A stretch of DNA of 64,000 nt from a virus (taxonomy: Duplodnaviria > Caudoviricetes). The stretch spans positions 1-64,000 of IMG/VR virus record IMGVR_UViG_3300028171_000090; one strand, 5' to 3'. The notes under the pieces were generated by a model, which saw only the letters and a list, made by a program, of their open reading frames with translations, did not search any database and was not told the origin of the DNA. Made by a program: the position numbers and the translations under genes. Every line of letters starts with the position of its first letter. Position 1 is the first letter of the stretch. This document shows positions 28,172 to 37,621 of the stretch, in pieces.

Positions 28172-28351
28172 CTATTGACCTATTAAATCTTCTCTACCTT
28201 TTAGTAACAAAATCTGATTAACTTTTGCCTTTACCACTTCTTCGTCTAGCTTAAACTTCTTAACAGCTGACTCAATAGCTCTAGAGTATGAGAGCTGGTT
28301 ACCCAGCCCATCATATCCATCAATGATACAGTTTGCTAACCATTCATACAT
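28172..28351 (-). CDS. Small protein (59 aa), tail-fibre-associated type; missed by the ORF track
   Basis: MYEWLANCIIDGY...KVNQILLLKGREDLIGQ*; TAATG coupling. Confidence 0.65.
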   Translation of the reverse strand: MYEWLANCIIDGYDGLGNQLSYSRAIESAVKKFKLDEEVVKAKVNQILLLKGREDLIGQ

Positions 28352-28521
28352 TATTGATCATCCCCCGTAAATACAATTGTTTTAACCATTGTATCGACCG
28401 CATCCACTTTCGTTGTTAAATCCTGTACAGCTTTATGCAATTCAGAATCATTAGACGAAAGAGCTTCACGTTCTTTGATAGCCTTATCTAACTTTGGCGC
28501 ATCTCGTTTGATATATAACAT
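28351..28521 (-). CDS. Small coiled-coil protein (56 aa); missed by the ORF track
   Basis: MLYIKRDAPKLDK...TIVFTGDDQ*; AGGAGG RBS. Confidence 0.7.
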   Translation of the reverse strand: MLYIKRDAPKLDKAIKEREALSSNDSELHKAVQDLTTKVDAVDTMVKTIVFTGDDQ

Positions 28522-28532
28522 ATCAATTCCTC

Positions 28533-29339
28533 CTAGTTATGACCAAGTGCAATACTTTGCAGTACTTGTACATGATCCGTTTCATTTTTAACTGTAACGA
28601 TTAGTTTATCCAGATTACCTGTAAATTCAATAGATGAATCTGTTAGTAAGTTACCTTCCAGATATACCTTCAGGTTATTATTACTTAGCTCAAGTAATCT
28701 AAACTTATTCGTAGGTTGTACCAATGGTACACGTAACTCAATATAATCATCAGGCTGTAATACAACTCCTTTTGCGTTTACCATCATAAACTCACTATCT
28801 AATAATGAGATATCAGCGGTATCCGTAGCGGAATGGAAAGCCAAGATATACGTTAAGTTACTTGTATTAATCGTATCACGATACTTCTGATATAGAATCT
28901 CATCGATTGTAAAATATGTAGGTTCTTCTACAATATTCACAATCTCATCTTTATCTTCTTTTGCAATATATGGGCTGTACTCTATCTTTTCTTTGTCTGT
29001 TACTTCATAGACAATATCATTGATAGTATCCATATCTGCTTGAATGTAAGTTAGTTTTGGATTCATATGAGCACGAGATACAATGTTATACATATAAGGT
29101 TTGTCCATGATATCCGACCCAATCAACTTTCCAGTCTTAGGGTCTATATTCTCACGAATATATAATGGCTTACCTTTAGAATCACGTTTATGCACATACT
29201 GTCCTTTTTTTGTTACAATCTTTGAGATATTCGGTAGTAACTCATCATTCACTCGAATCATATCAATATCTGATGAACGAGTCTTTAGATTAAGTCCGAC
29301 CACCTTATTAGTTGTAATGTCATAGTATATATCTGCCAT
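28533..29339 (-). CDS. Tail-associated structural protein
   Basis: Late minus-strand operon; start adjusted to the ATG at RBS distance. Confidence 0.5.
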   Translation of the reverse strand: MADIYYDITTNKVVGLNLKTRSSDIDMIRVNDELLPNISKIVTKKGQYVHKRDSKGKPLYIRENIDPKTGKLIGSDIMDKPYMYNIVSRAHMNPKLTYIQADMDTINDIVYEVTDKEKIEYSPYIAKEDKDEIVNIVEEPTYFTIDEILYQKYRDTINTSNLTYILAFHSATDTADISLLDSEFMMVNAKGVVLQPDDYIELRVPLVQPTNKFRLLELSNNNLKVYLEGNLLTDSSIEFTGNLDKLIVTVKNETDHVQVLQSIALGHN

Positions 29340-29340
29340 C

Positions 29341-32300
29341 TTATTCATCTCCTTTCATCATTGGATTATCAGGTAGATTGTAGATGTACATTTCATTCTG
29401 TTCTGATTTACGAGCGAGTTTCAACTCGTTTCCTACAGATACTAAATAGAATGTATTCTTCCCTACCACGTATGGTAATGTGAGAATCTTATACGTTGAA
29501 GACTTTGTCATACTTTGGTCAGGTGATTGTGTATACACAAACATAACTGAAGAGACTTCTGTCTGTAACATATTCTCAATACTATTAGGTGTGATACGGA
29601 AATGTTTCATTAAGCCTAAATTACCTGATTCAGAATATAGTTCAGCGAATGAACGCTCACCCTCTGTATTGAAGTGTAAGTAGATATGAGGTACTCCCAT
29701 AATGATGTACGTTTGAGAGTTAGTCGCACTCAAGCTTTCTAACTTAATCTTTAACTTACCATCTTTAATTACGCTATCTAAATCAGTTAAAGAAATTTCT
29801 ACTGTATCAAAGTCTCTACTAAAGACCTCTTCTTTGTATCCTCCGATTTCAGCATATGCTCTACCATTCGTAGCAAATCGTAGATGTAATGTAATCGAAT
29901 CTAAGGAACGTAGTAAATCTTCTCTTGTAAAGCTATGTGTATCGAAGATAAAACGATGTAAATCAACTTCTACGATACTTGTAATATCTTCATCTTGTTT
30001 AGATGTGAATGCTAAACGTAAGTCATTCAAATCCTTACCTTTTGGTTGATATACTGTATCTTCATGACGGAATGTGAATCGGTCTAAGTTAGACAACAGG
30101 ATAGAATCTTTTAACTCTTCCATCTTCACATTATCTGAGTTCAAGTATACAACCGAGTTTAGTTTCGGGAATACGACTTGGTCATCCATAACAGAGATGT
30201 ACTCAAGGAATAACTCCCCATATAAATCTTCTTCTAGATTTAGACGAATGTTATATTGGTCTACAGAATCTAATATAGAAGCTGATAGTATCTTTCCTGA
30301 TTCCACGTGTTTGATTCGCACCAATGGTGGTAAATCATTCTTATAGACACCATATCCAATGTAATGGTCGATTGTATGGTCAGCTGGGACTTCAAACGTT
30401 AACTCATTATCATCAGCGTCTACATGTAAGACACGGTACTCAGGAAGAACATTCTCGATACCTTGTATAATCTTAATACTATCTTTCTCTGTAATATCAG
30501 ATAAATCACCAGATACTTTTACCTTATTAGAAGATAAGATATCTGTAATGATAATCTCTGGTTCTGGATAGGTACCCATAATAGATTCATTTCCATTTTT
30601 CAAGATAGTAATTACATCTTTATCTATCCATCTATCAGCAGAACGTAGATGGTAAGAAATGTTAGATGGTTCAATATCGGATTGAAGTGTCACACTCTTA
30701 TAGTATGGAACTTTTCCTCCGATAACACGATGGTCTACCAGACCATTATTCATTTCGAAATCAAATGTTGATACATCAATTGGGAATGCTTCATGGATAC
30801 CATGTCGTAAACATACATTACCAATTGGACAGTTCAACGTAGCAATCTGCATCATTTCAAATTGTGTTGTATCGATTTCATAAGAACGAGAAGTTGTATT
30901 TCCTTCGTAGTTTAATGTAATATTGAAGATATCGTAATCACGAGTAATCTTAACAAAGGTCACATTCTTCTCTGGCAATTCACGAGTCGTAACAGTGCGA
31001 CGATTCGTCACATCATTTAATACTAGCATCTTTTTACCGTACTTATTCGTAGAAATCGAAATAGAGAATTTCGGATTGAACGAAGTATCAGTAAATACGA
31101 TTAATGTATCATCATTAATCTCTTTATCTAGCATGAAATCTAATGTAAACGTTCGTAAGTTTTGTGTATACATATAAGACCCTTCATGGTACGAACGATC
31201 TAGCATATACCCAAATAAAGAACGCTTGTAAGAAGCTTTCTTTTCTAATCGACCTCCTGTTACAATATCTGTATCATCATCTTTAAATGGTACATATAAA
31301 ACAGTTGTTGGTTCGATAGGATATAGCGGAGCACCAAAGTAGCTTGCCACTACGTCGGAGTGTTTCGATGTAATCAAACTATCGTTAGATAGTAGTTCTA
31401 CACCTTCATATAGTAGCGCTTCTAGGTTTAAGTGGCTTAAAAATACACGGTTGTATACAGGTAATATCTCTAATTCCGCATCAACTATAGTGTGTAATTT
31501 ACCATTTAAATTCTTTGGAGAAAACTCCTCTTCATTCAGCATTTTTACTTTGAATAATGGAATTGCATACTTAAATCCTGTAGAGGACTGTAAGCGAGCT
31601 TCGGCTAATTCAGAACCATCTCCACATTTAAATACACCCGTTGGGTTATCATGCTCATCCTTGATTTCAAAGTAAGTGAATCGTGTATCTAATGATGGTT
31701 CGTAATCATACTGTTGGTATGGTACGAATGATGTAAAGATTCCATCACTTGTGATACGAGTTCCCAATCCTTTTGGGAAATGCTTAAAGTTCACATCAGC
31801 AACATTTACTAATCGATATGTCGCTTTATCTGTATTTGTGACAGCATCGTGATTGTAACCGATTTCTAAGAATATTAAATCATATCGAACTCCTTCTTCT
31901 CCCATTGCGTTTTCAAAACTACGTTCTGGACGAGGAAGTAAAGGAAGCTCCATTTCAGCTGTATCAAATAACATGCTGTCTAGAATTAATGAGATAGGTT
32001 TTACTTGTAACTTATTCTCATTTGTTATACTGTACTGTAATCGTCCCAAGATTCCATCTTGAACGTTACGGTTAAATAGTTTACCATCAGCCTGAGGTTC
32101 AGTCTGTAATTGATGTACATATCGACGAATATCCTCTAATGTTCGTTTATCCTGTGCACTCATAAAACCTGCTTCCGATTCGGTAGCTGGTGTATGCTGG
32201 TCAGGGGATAACAGATGGTCATTGGTAAGGAATTGTGCTAAGTTTTCTAAAATAACTTTTGTCTGACTGACTACTTCAGTTTCAGAGATAGCTGTATAAA

Positions 32301-32400
32301 AATGTCCTTTCCCATCTCGAAGTATCTCACCAGGTTGATATCTATCAACTTGGTCTACATGCTTTAGTATCAGGTGAATGTCTAACTGTTCTTCAGCCAT
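29341..32400 (-). CDS. Large tail fibre/baseplate protein
   Basis: ATESEAGFMSAQDK tail-fibre motif; late promoter at 32438-32427. Confidence 0.6.
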   Translation of the reverse strand: MAEEQLDIHLILKHVDQVDRYQPGEILRDGKGHFYTAISETEVVSQTKVILENLAQFLTNDHLLSPDQHTPATESEAGFMSAQDKRTLEDIRRYVHQLQTEPQADGKLFNRNVQDGILGRLQYSITNENKLQVKPISLILDSMLFDTAEMELPLLPRPERSFENAMGEEGVRYDLIFLEIGYNHDAVTNTDKATYRLVNVADVNFKHFPKGLGTRITSDGIFTSFVPYQQYDYEPSLDTRFTYFEIKDEHDNPTGVFKCGDGSELAEARLQSSTGFKYAIPLFKVKMLNEEEFSPKNLNGKLHTIVDAELEILPVYNRVFLSHLNLEALLYEGVELLSNDSLITSKHSDVVASYFGAPLYPIEPTTVLYVPFKDDDTDIVTGGRLEKKASYKRSLFGYMLDRSYHEGSYMYTQNLRTFTLDFMLDKEINDDTLIVFTDTSFNPKFSISISTNKYGKKMLVLNDVTNRRTVTTRELPEKNVTFVKITRDYDIFNITLNYEGNTTSRSYEIDTTQFEMMQIATLNCPIGNVCLRHGIHEAFPIDVSTFDFEMNNGLVDHRVIGGKVPYYKSVTLQSDIEPSNISYHLRSADRWIDKDVITILKNGNESIMGTYPEPEIIITDILSSNKVKVSGDLSDITEKDSIKIIQGIENVLPEYRVLHVDADDNELTFEVPADHTIDHYIGYGVYKNDLPPLVRIKHVESGKILSASILDSVDQYNIRLNLEEDLYGELFLEYISVMDDQVVFPKLNSVVYLNSDNVKMEELKDSILLSNLDRFTFRHEDTVYQPKGKDLNDLRLAFTSKQDEDITSIVEVDLHRFIFDTHSFTREDLLRSLDSITLHLRFATNGRAYAEIGGYKEEVFSRDFDTVEISLTDLDSVIKDGKLKIKLESLSATNSQTYIIMGVPHIYLHFNTEGERSFAELYSESGNLGLMKHFRITPNSIENMLQTEVSSVMFVYTQSPDQSMTKSSTYKILTLPYVVGKNTFYLVSVGNELKLARKSEQNEMYIYNLPDNPMMKGDE

Positions 32401-32468
32401 TATAAGTCCCTCCTTTAGGGTATAGTTAATTACCTGTTGAGAACGGCGAAAAAGACAGAGATAGAGAA

Positions 32469-32894
32469 CTAGTCTCTATCTCCATTACTTTTATTACTAT
32501 CTTCCCTATCTTGACGTTTCTTAGGCTTATTCTCATTCTCTTCATCGTATTGCTTCTTTTCTTGTTTTAATTCTTCTTCATCCAGTGGAATGCTAAAGTT
32601 CTTGAGATTGAATAATAGTAGCTTTGCGACGACGTTTAACGTATATCTACCAAAATATGCGCCCAATCCAGTGGCAACAATGCATGTTTTGATGTCGTCT
32701 ATCAAAGTGGTAAGCATTATACCTAAGAAAACTCCGATAAGTGTAGATATAAGCGCTTCCGAGATATAGTACACGGTGACCTTTGGGTCTTCAGACTCTA
32801 AGTCAGTGGCGTACCGATTTAAGCTTACTATGGATGATGTTAACAAGCTTACTGAAATCATCAGAAGGATATCTATTGTGAATAGTTTTTCCAC
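32469..32894 (-). CDS. Putative holin (3 TM, charged C-terminus)
   Basis: Three hydrophobic segments, highly charged tail, GGGGAGGTGA RBS. Confidence 0.5.
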   Translation of the reverse strand: MEKLFTIDILLMISVSLLTSSIVSLNRYATDLESEDPKVTVYYISEALISTLIGVFLGIMLTTLIDDIKTCIVATGLGAYFGRYTLNVVAKLLLFNLKNFSIPLDEEELKQEKKQYDEENENKPKKRQDREDSNKSNGDRD

Positions 32895-33351
32895 TCACAT
32901 CACCTCCCCTTTTAGCGAAGCGATTCTTACGTCTGTTGTTTAACAAGATTAAGCAAGAACAAATCAGAAGGAAAGATAATAATAATATGAACGACAGCAT
33001 AAGTAATACCATCGATTCTAACTTGTGAGTGGTTTCCTGGATATTATCTACGTATCCAAGTATCGCAAATTCGACTTCATTCGCCGACATGAGATCATAA
33101 TCGGTTGTTTCCGCATGTGCAACTAGAACTCCAGACTTAACAGGGACTGGTACACGATATGTGTCATACATCTCGCTGCGCGCTTGGAAATCGATCTCTT
33201 CAAATGAAGTTTGTAAATTCTCAGTTCTATCTTTTAGTTCACTGAAATATACGGAACTTCCAATCCCGAGTAACAGTGCACTACCAAACAAAATAAAACT
33301 AAGAATGACCACAGCTTTGCTCTTGAAGAACTTGTTACTTTTACGAATCAT
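32803..33351 (-). CDS. Two-TM membrane protein overlapping the putative holin
   Basis: TM segments at N- and C-ends; late promoter at 33400-33389. Confidence 0.6.
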   Translation of the reverse strand: MIRKSNKFFKSKAVVILSFILFGSALLLGIGSSVYFSELKDRTENLQTSFEEIDFQARSEMYDTYRVPVPVKSGVLVAHAETTDYDLMSANEVEFAILGYVDNIQETTHKLESMVLLMLSFILLLSFLLICSCLILLNNRRKNRFAKRGGDVSGKTIHNRYPSDDFSKLVNIIHSKLKSVRH

Positions 33352-33443
33352 CCTTAATCACCTCCTCATGTTGTAAAAATGGTATTGCTAATAAAATGTT
33401 GAAATAAAACGAGTGTAGGCTCTATGCCTACACTCATTATGTG

Positions 33444-33731
33444 TTATTTCTTTTTCTTCTTGTTCCATGTAAGATGGATTTTCTTTTCATTGAAATCCAT
33501 GTTCCAATCTGGAGCATCAAGAACGATATCAATTTCAGGAGCTACTTTATTAATAATAGCTTCACTTGTTTCTGTAAATTTGTTATGCGCAGCATAATAG
33601 CGAGCCATAACTTCGTCATGCATTACCTTGTTATTGATAAGCTCCATAAGAGCCGATTTTTCGTTGAATGCATCCTGTAATGCTTTTACATCTTTTGGGT
33701 CTACTTCAAAAATTTTAGTTTGAATTGCCAT
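33444..33731 (-). CDS. CXXX-repeat peptide modification system accessory protein
   Basis: V...D...LQ..F.EK..L.EL ... W.MDF...I pattern; adjacent to the maturase. Confidence 0.6.
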   Translation of the reverse strand: MAIQTKIFEVDPKDVKALQDAFNEKSALMELINNKVMHDEVMARYYAAHNKFTETSEAIINKVAPEIDIVLDAPDWNMDFNEKKIHLTWNKKKKK

Positions 33732-33770
33732 TGTAATTCCTCCTCTATATGGTTATAATAAATTGTTTCC

Positions 33771-34142
33771 CTATTGATATTCTACAATAAGAGAATTAGT
33801 TAGGAAATCTACTTTAATTTCATACGTTGTACCAGAAATAAGCTCTGCGTCTTCTTTCGGCATATATTTTTCCATCAATACTTGGAATACAAGATTATAT
33901 TCTGCGAAAGATTTAATATATTGATCGAGAATCTGGTTATAGCGTTCTTCGTCAGGTTTAAATGGTGATGTACTTGTAAACTGTGTACATAACGCTAGTA
34001 AACCATCCTTTTCATAAAGAACCCTTTGCACTACTGATGAATCCTCATACTCTAATGGGTAGGTAATTTTCTTCTTCCCATCTTCACAACATTCGTGTTT
34101 TTCTGTATCGTCATCATAACGAACTCTACATCCACATGCCAT
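33771..34142 (-). CDS. Second CXXX-repeat system accessory paralog
   Basis: VQRVLYEKDGL...YEIKVDFLTNSL, same pattern; CGC/CC N-terminus. Confidence 0.55.
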   Translation of the reverse strand: MACGCRVRYDDDTEKHECCEDGKKKITYPLEYEDSSVVQRVLYEKDGLLALCTQFTSTSPFKPDEERYNQILDQYIKSFAEYNLVFQVLMEKYMPKEDAELISGTTYEIKVDFLTNSLIVEYQ

Positions 34143-34164
34143 GATAATTCCTCCTCATTGTATA

Positions 34165-35502
34165 TTAGTCGATAGTTGGAATACCTTTACCTTGTGTGAT
34201 GAATTCGATTTCATCCGCAGTTAGGTTACATTCGAAGAAGTCGTCTTTACCTAACTTCTTGTAAAGTTTATTCCAGTAGTAATAGTTCGCAAGAACACGA
34301 ACTTTGTGCATCATACAAGTAAATGTTGCACGAATATTAGAAGAACCAAATACATCGTAGTTATGAGCTGTACACCAGCCACAGCCACTTGTTACTTGGC
34401 AGTTAAAGCACTTGTCAGTTGATTGAGAACGACGAGTGATACCGAATAGTTCTTCTACTAATGGATCGTCTTTAATGTCAATCATACCGTCATCAACGTT
34501 ACCGATAATGATTTCACGACGTTCCTTGTTTTCCATTGAATAGCTCATGAAGCGTAGGCAAGGATATAGTTTACCATCACAACCGATAGTTAACATCTTA
34601 CCATCTCCACCACACCAGTTATCATTTTCTTCTTCTTTCATCGGTTTCCCAATAGATTCTTCAAAGATACTGATAACGGCTGATTTGTAGTATCCACTTT
34701 CTAGATACCAGTCAGCTAGTTTAATTAACTGATCATAGAATACGAAAGCATCTTTTGGCTTCCATACGTTTTCAAATACTGCATTGGCATTGATTTCACG
34801 TAATCCCATTTCGAATAAATGTGGAATTGCTGTTGTGATTTTATCAATGTTTTCTGGAGCAAAGGTAACTTTAGTAGAAGATAGACCGTGTTCTGCAATT
34901 GCATTCTTCACGTTACGTTCTACGATATCATAACTACCTTTACCATTAGCGAATACACGACAAGAGTCATGTAAATCTTTGTTTCCATCAATTGTGATAG
35001 ATACAGAGATACGACCTTGGTTCTTTTCAATGAAACGTTTTACACGTTTTGTATGGTTTAGTGTACCGTTAGTTGATACACTGATCATATAGTTTAATGC
35101 CCAAGGTGAGTTTTCCATTGTAGCTTTAAAGCGGAAGTAATCCACGATAAAGTCCATTACGTCAACGTTCATGAATGGTTCTCCACCGATGAAGTCTAAG
35201 ATTACAGCTTTGTGAATCTTATCGTTAACGAAGTTTTTATTACGTTCTGTGTCAAATAATAAGTCTACTGCTTTACGAGCAACTTCTTTTGACATGAACT
35301 TTCTATTTTTACCTACTTGGTAACAGTATGTGCAACGTAAGTTACACTCTTCCGTCATAACGAAAGTAAGGTTCTTTGTAGCTAAATCTTTTTCCGAATA
35401 CTTTTCCAAGTTTTCAGGTGTATCTACATCATACATCGTTCCAAACGTATCTTGGAATTCAGATGTGGTTTTAACGTATGTCTGTTCTACAGAGCATCCC
35501 AT
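34165..35502 (-). CDS. Radical SAM/SPASM peptide maturase, CXXX-repeat target family
   Basis: CNLRCTYC; FIGGEP; SPASM cysteines WCGG...YPC...CFNC...GCGWC...TC. Confidence 0.92.
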   Translation of the reverse strand: MGCSVEQTYVKTTSEFQDTFGTMYDVDTPENLEKYSEKDLATKNLTFVMTEECNLRCTYCYQVGKNRKFMSKEVARKAVDLLFDTERNKNFVNDKIHKAVILDFIGGEPFMNVDVMDFIVDYFRFKATMENSPWALNYMISVSTNGTLNHTKRVKRFIEKNQGRISVSITIDGNKDLHDSCRVFANGKGSYDIVERNVKNAIAEHGLSSTKVTFAPENIDKITTAIPHLFEMGLREINANAVFENVWKPKDAFVFYDQLIKLADWYLESGYYKSAVISIFEESIGKPMKEEENDNWCGGDGKMLTIGCDGKLYPCLRFMSYSMENKERREIIIGNVDDGMIDIKDDPLVEELFGITRRSQSTDKCFNCQVTSGCGWCTAHNYDVFGSSNIRATFTCMMHKVRVLANYYYWNKLYKKLGKDDFFECNLTADEIEFITQGKGIPTID

Positions 35503-35588
35503 TAATTATTCCCCCTTTTGACTGTAATATTAGTATGTTGCACATAATAAGAAATGACAGGATAAGCCGAAGCTTATCCCATCTTGTT

Positions 35589-36131
35589 TTAGAATACTAA
35601 ATATTCCTCTTCAGGCACTTCACCTTCAAAGGCATTTCCATTTTCTCTATCAATCATAGATTCCGTCACATTGTGACGTTCAAAGAAGTCAGCACACTCT
35701 ACAACAGTTTCCATGTCGTTTTGAGGCTGAGCCAGCATTAATAGAGTGTGGTAGAAGATACCCATATATTCTGGTTTAATACCTTTATCCTTCGATTCAT
35801 TAATCATACGTTTTGTATTCTCAATGTCACTCTTACGGAAGTAGTATTTAATTTGGAAATGAGTTACCCCAAATGCTGCAACGTCAGGTGTATCTGCAAA
35901 CCATTTATTGATGTTAGATGTTACGATACGGAAGATATCAGCGATATTATTCTCATACTGGAATACACCCCCATCTAACATTAATCGTAAGCTATCATTT
36001 ACAAGAGGGAAGTCCTCCAATGTTTTCTCTAACATTTCTAAGTTCTTTTCTTGTAAATACTTTGTAATTAATGCATTCTTAATTAATTTTTTTGTCGCAT
36101 TAATTTCATAAGGTTTTTTGTTTTCTTCCAT
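35589..36131 (-). CDS. Helical hypothetical protein within the CXXX cluster
   Basis: AAGGA RBS; lies between substrate and maturase. Confidence 0.65.
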   Translation of the reverse strand: MEENKKPYEINATKKLIKNALITKYLQEKNLEMLEKTLEDFPLVNDSLRLMLDGGVFQYENNIADIFRIVTSNINKWFADTPDVAAFGVTHFQIKYYFRKSDIENTKRMINESKDKGIKPEYMGIFYHTLLMLAQPQNDMETVVECADFFERHNVTESMIDRENGNAFEGEVPEEEYLVF

Positions 36132-36148
36132 GGAATATCATTCCTTTC

Positions 36149-37591
36149 TTAGAATTTAGCGATTCCGCTACTTCCTACATTGTATACTGGTCTAGAGTAG
36201 TTAACGCTCATTGCTGTACCTGAGCAAGAACCTGTACAACTTGTACATCCTGAAGAACATGCTCCAGAACATCCACCTGTACATCCGCCAGAACAAGAGC
36301 TACCACAACCACCAGAACAATCACTACCACAAGTTGAAGAACAAGACGTGCTACAGCCTGTACTACATGTACCCACACAACCACCAGTACATGAGCTTAC
36401 GCAGCTACCTGTACATGATGATGTACATCCTGTACTACATCCGCCAGTACATCCACTGTTACATGCTGTTGAACAACCTGAAGCACAGTTACCGGCACAC
36501 CCTGTAGAACATGTGCTTGCACAGTTACCTGTACATGAACCAGTACATCCGCCAGTACAGTTTGTCGCACAACCTCCAGAGCACGTTCCTGTACATCCAC
36601 CAGAACAAGATGATCCACATCCGCCTGTACATGTACTACCACAAGAACTTGTACAATAAGCGGAACATCCTCCAGAACAAGAACCTCCACAGCCACCTGT
36701 ACAAGCTGAGTGACATGCTCCAGTACATACGCCAGAACCACAAGCAGAACCACAGTTACCGTGACATGTTCCACCACAGTCACCTTGACATGTGTTATTA
36801 CATGAAGAACCACAACCAGTACATCCACCGGAACAACCTGAGGAACAAGAACCACCGCAACCACCGATACAGCTTGTTGAACATCCCGCAGAACATCCAC
36901 TTACGCAACCTGTTGCACATCCTCCGCCACATGTACCTGAGCATGTTCCTGAACATCCACCTGTACATGTTGATTGACATCCACCAGCACAGCCAGTTGA
37001 ACATCCACCTGAGCACGTTCCAGAACATGAAGAACATCCACTAGAACAGTTACCAGAACATCCAGAAGAACAGTCAGCCGCACAGTTTGCAGAACAGCTA
37101 CCAGAACATCCGCCTGAACATCCACCAGAACAGTTACCTGTACAAGATGAGCTACAGCTAGTAGAACACCCACCAGAACAACTTCCTGAACATCCACCAG
37201 TACATGAGCTTGTACAACCAGTAGCACAGCCACCGCCACATGTACCTGAACAAGAACCTACGCACCCACCAACGCATGATGTACTACATAAACCAGTACA
37301 TGCACCGTTACATGAGTTACCGCCGTCTTGCTTCGAGTTTTTCAATTTATACGTAGTCGCTGCCATTTCATCCACTTCAACCATTTCTGCTTGATCTTTT
37401 GCTAATGGTTTATCGAAGTGTTTGACTTGGTCAATCGCGTCCGCCATTTCATCATAATGAACATCTTCTACAAGTTCACTTGATGTAGCTTCAGGTTTAT
37501 AGTTAGGGACTGTATTTGTTCTACTACGTCTTCCTAACTCCTGCATGACGCTCAATTTCAGTTCTCTGAAATCCTCATCAGAAATAAACAT
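36149..37591 (-). CDS. Cys-rich CXXX-repeat protein (radical SAM substrate)
   Basis: ~93-aa leader, then ~92 Cys almost all spaced CxxxC with G/S/T/A; GAGGAGGG RBS. Confidence 0.9.
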   Translation of the reverse strand: MFISDEDFRELKLSVMQELGRRSRTNTVPNYKPEATSSELVEDVHYDEMADAIDQVKHFDKPLAKDQAEMVEVDEMAATTYKLKNSKQDGGNSCNGACTGLCSTSCVGGCVGSCSGTCGGGCATGCTSSCTGGCSGSCSGGCSTSCSSSCTGNCSGGCSGGCSGSCSANCAADCSSGCSGNCSSGCSSCSGTCSGGCSTGCAGGCQSTCTGGCSGTCSGTCGGGCATGCVSGCSAGCSTSCIGGCGGSCSSGCSGGCTGCGSSCNNTCQGDCGGTCHGNCGSACGSGVCTGACHSACTGGCGGSCSGGCSAYCTSSCGSTCTGGCGSSCSGGCTGTCSGGCATNCTGGCTGSCTGNCASTCSTGCAGNCASGCSTACNSGCTGGCSTGCTSSCTGSCVSSCTGGCVGTCSTGCSTSCSSTCGSDCSGGCGSSCSGGCTGGCSGACSSGCTSCTGSCSGTAMSVNYSRPVYNVGSSGIAKF

Positions 37592-37621
37592 GTAATTCCC
37601 TCCTCTTCGTATATGCTAAGT

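Noticed and set aside
36211-37239. His/Pro/Gln-, Val/Asp- and Met/Trp-rich ORFs in other frames
   Set aside because: Shadow frames of the 12-nt periodic Cys-repeat gene; no RBS or promoter
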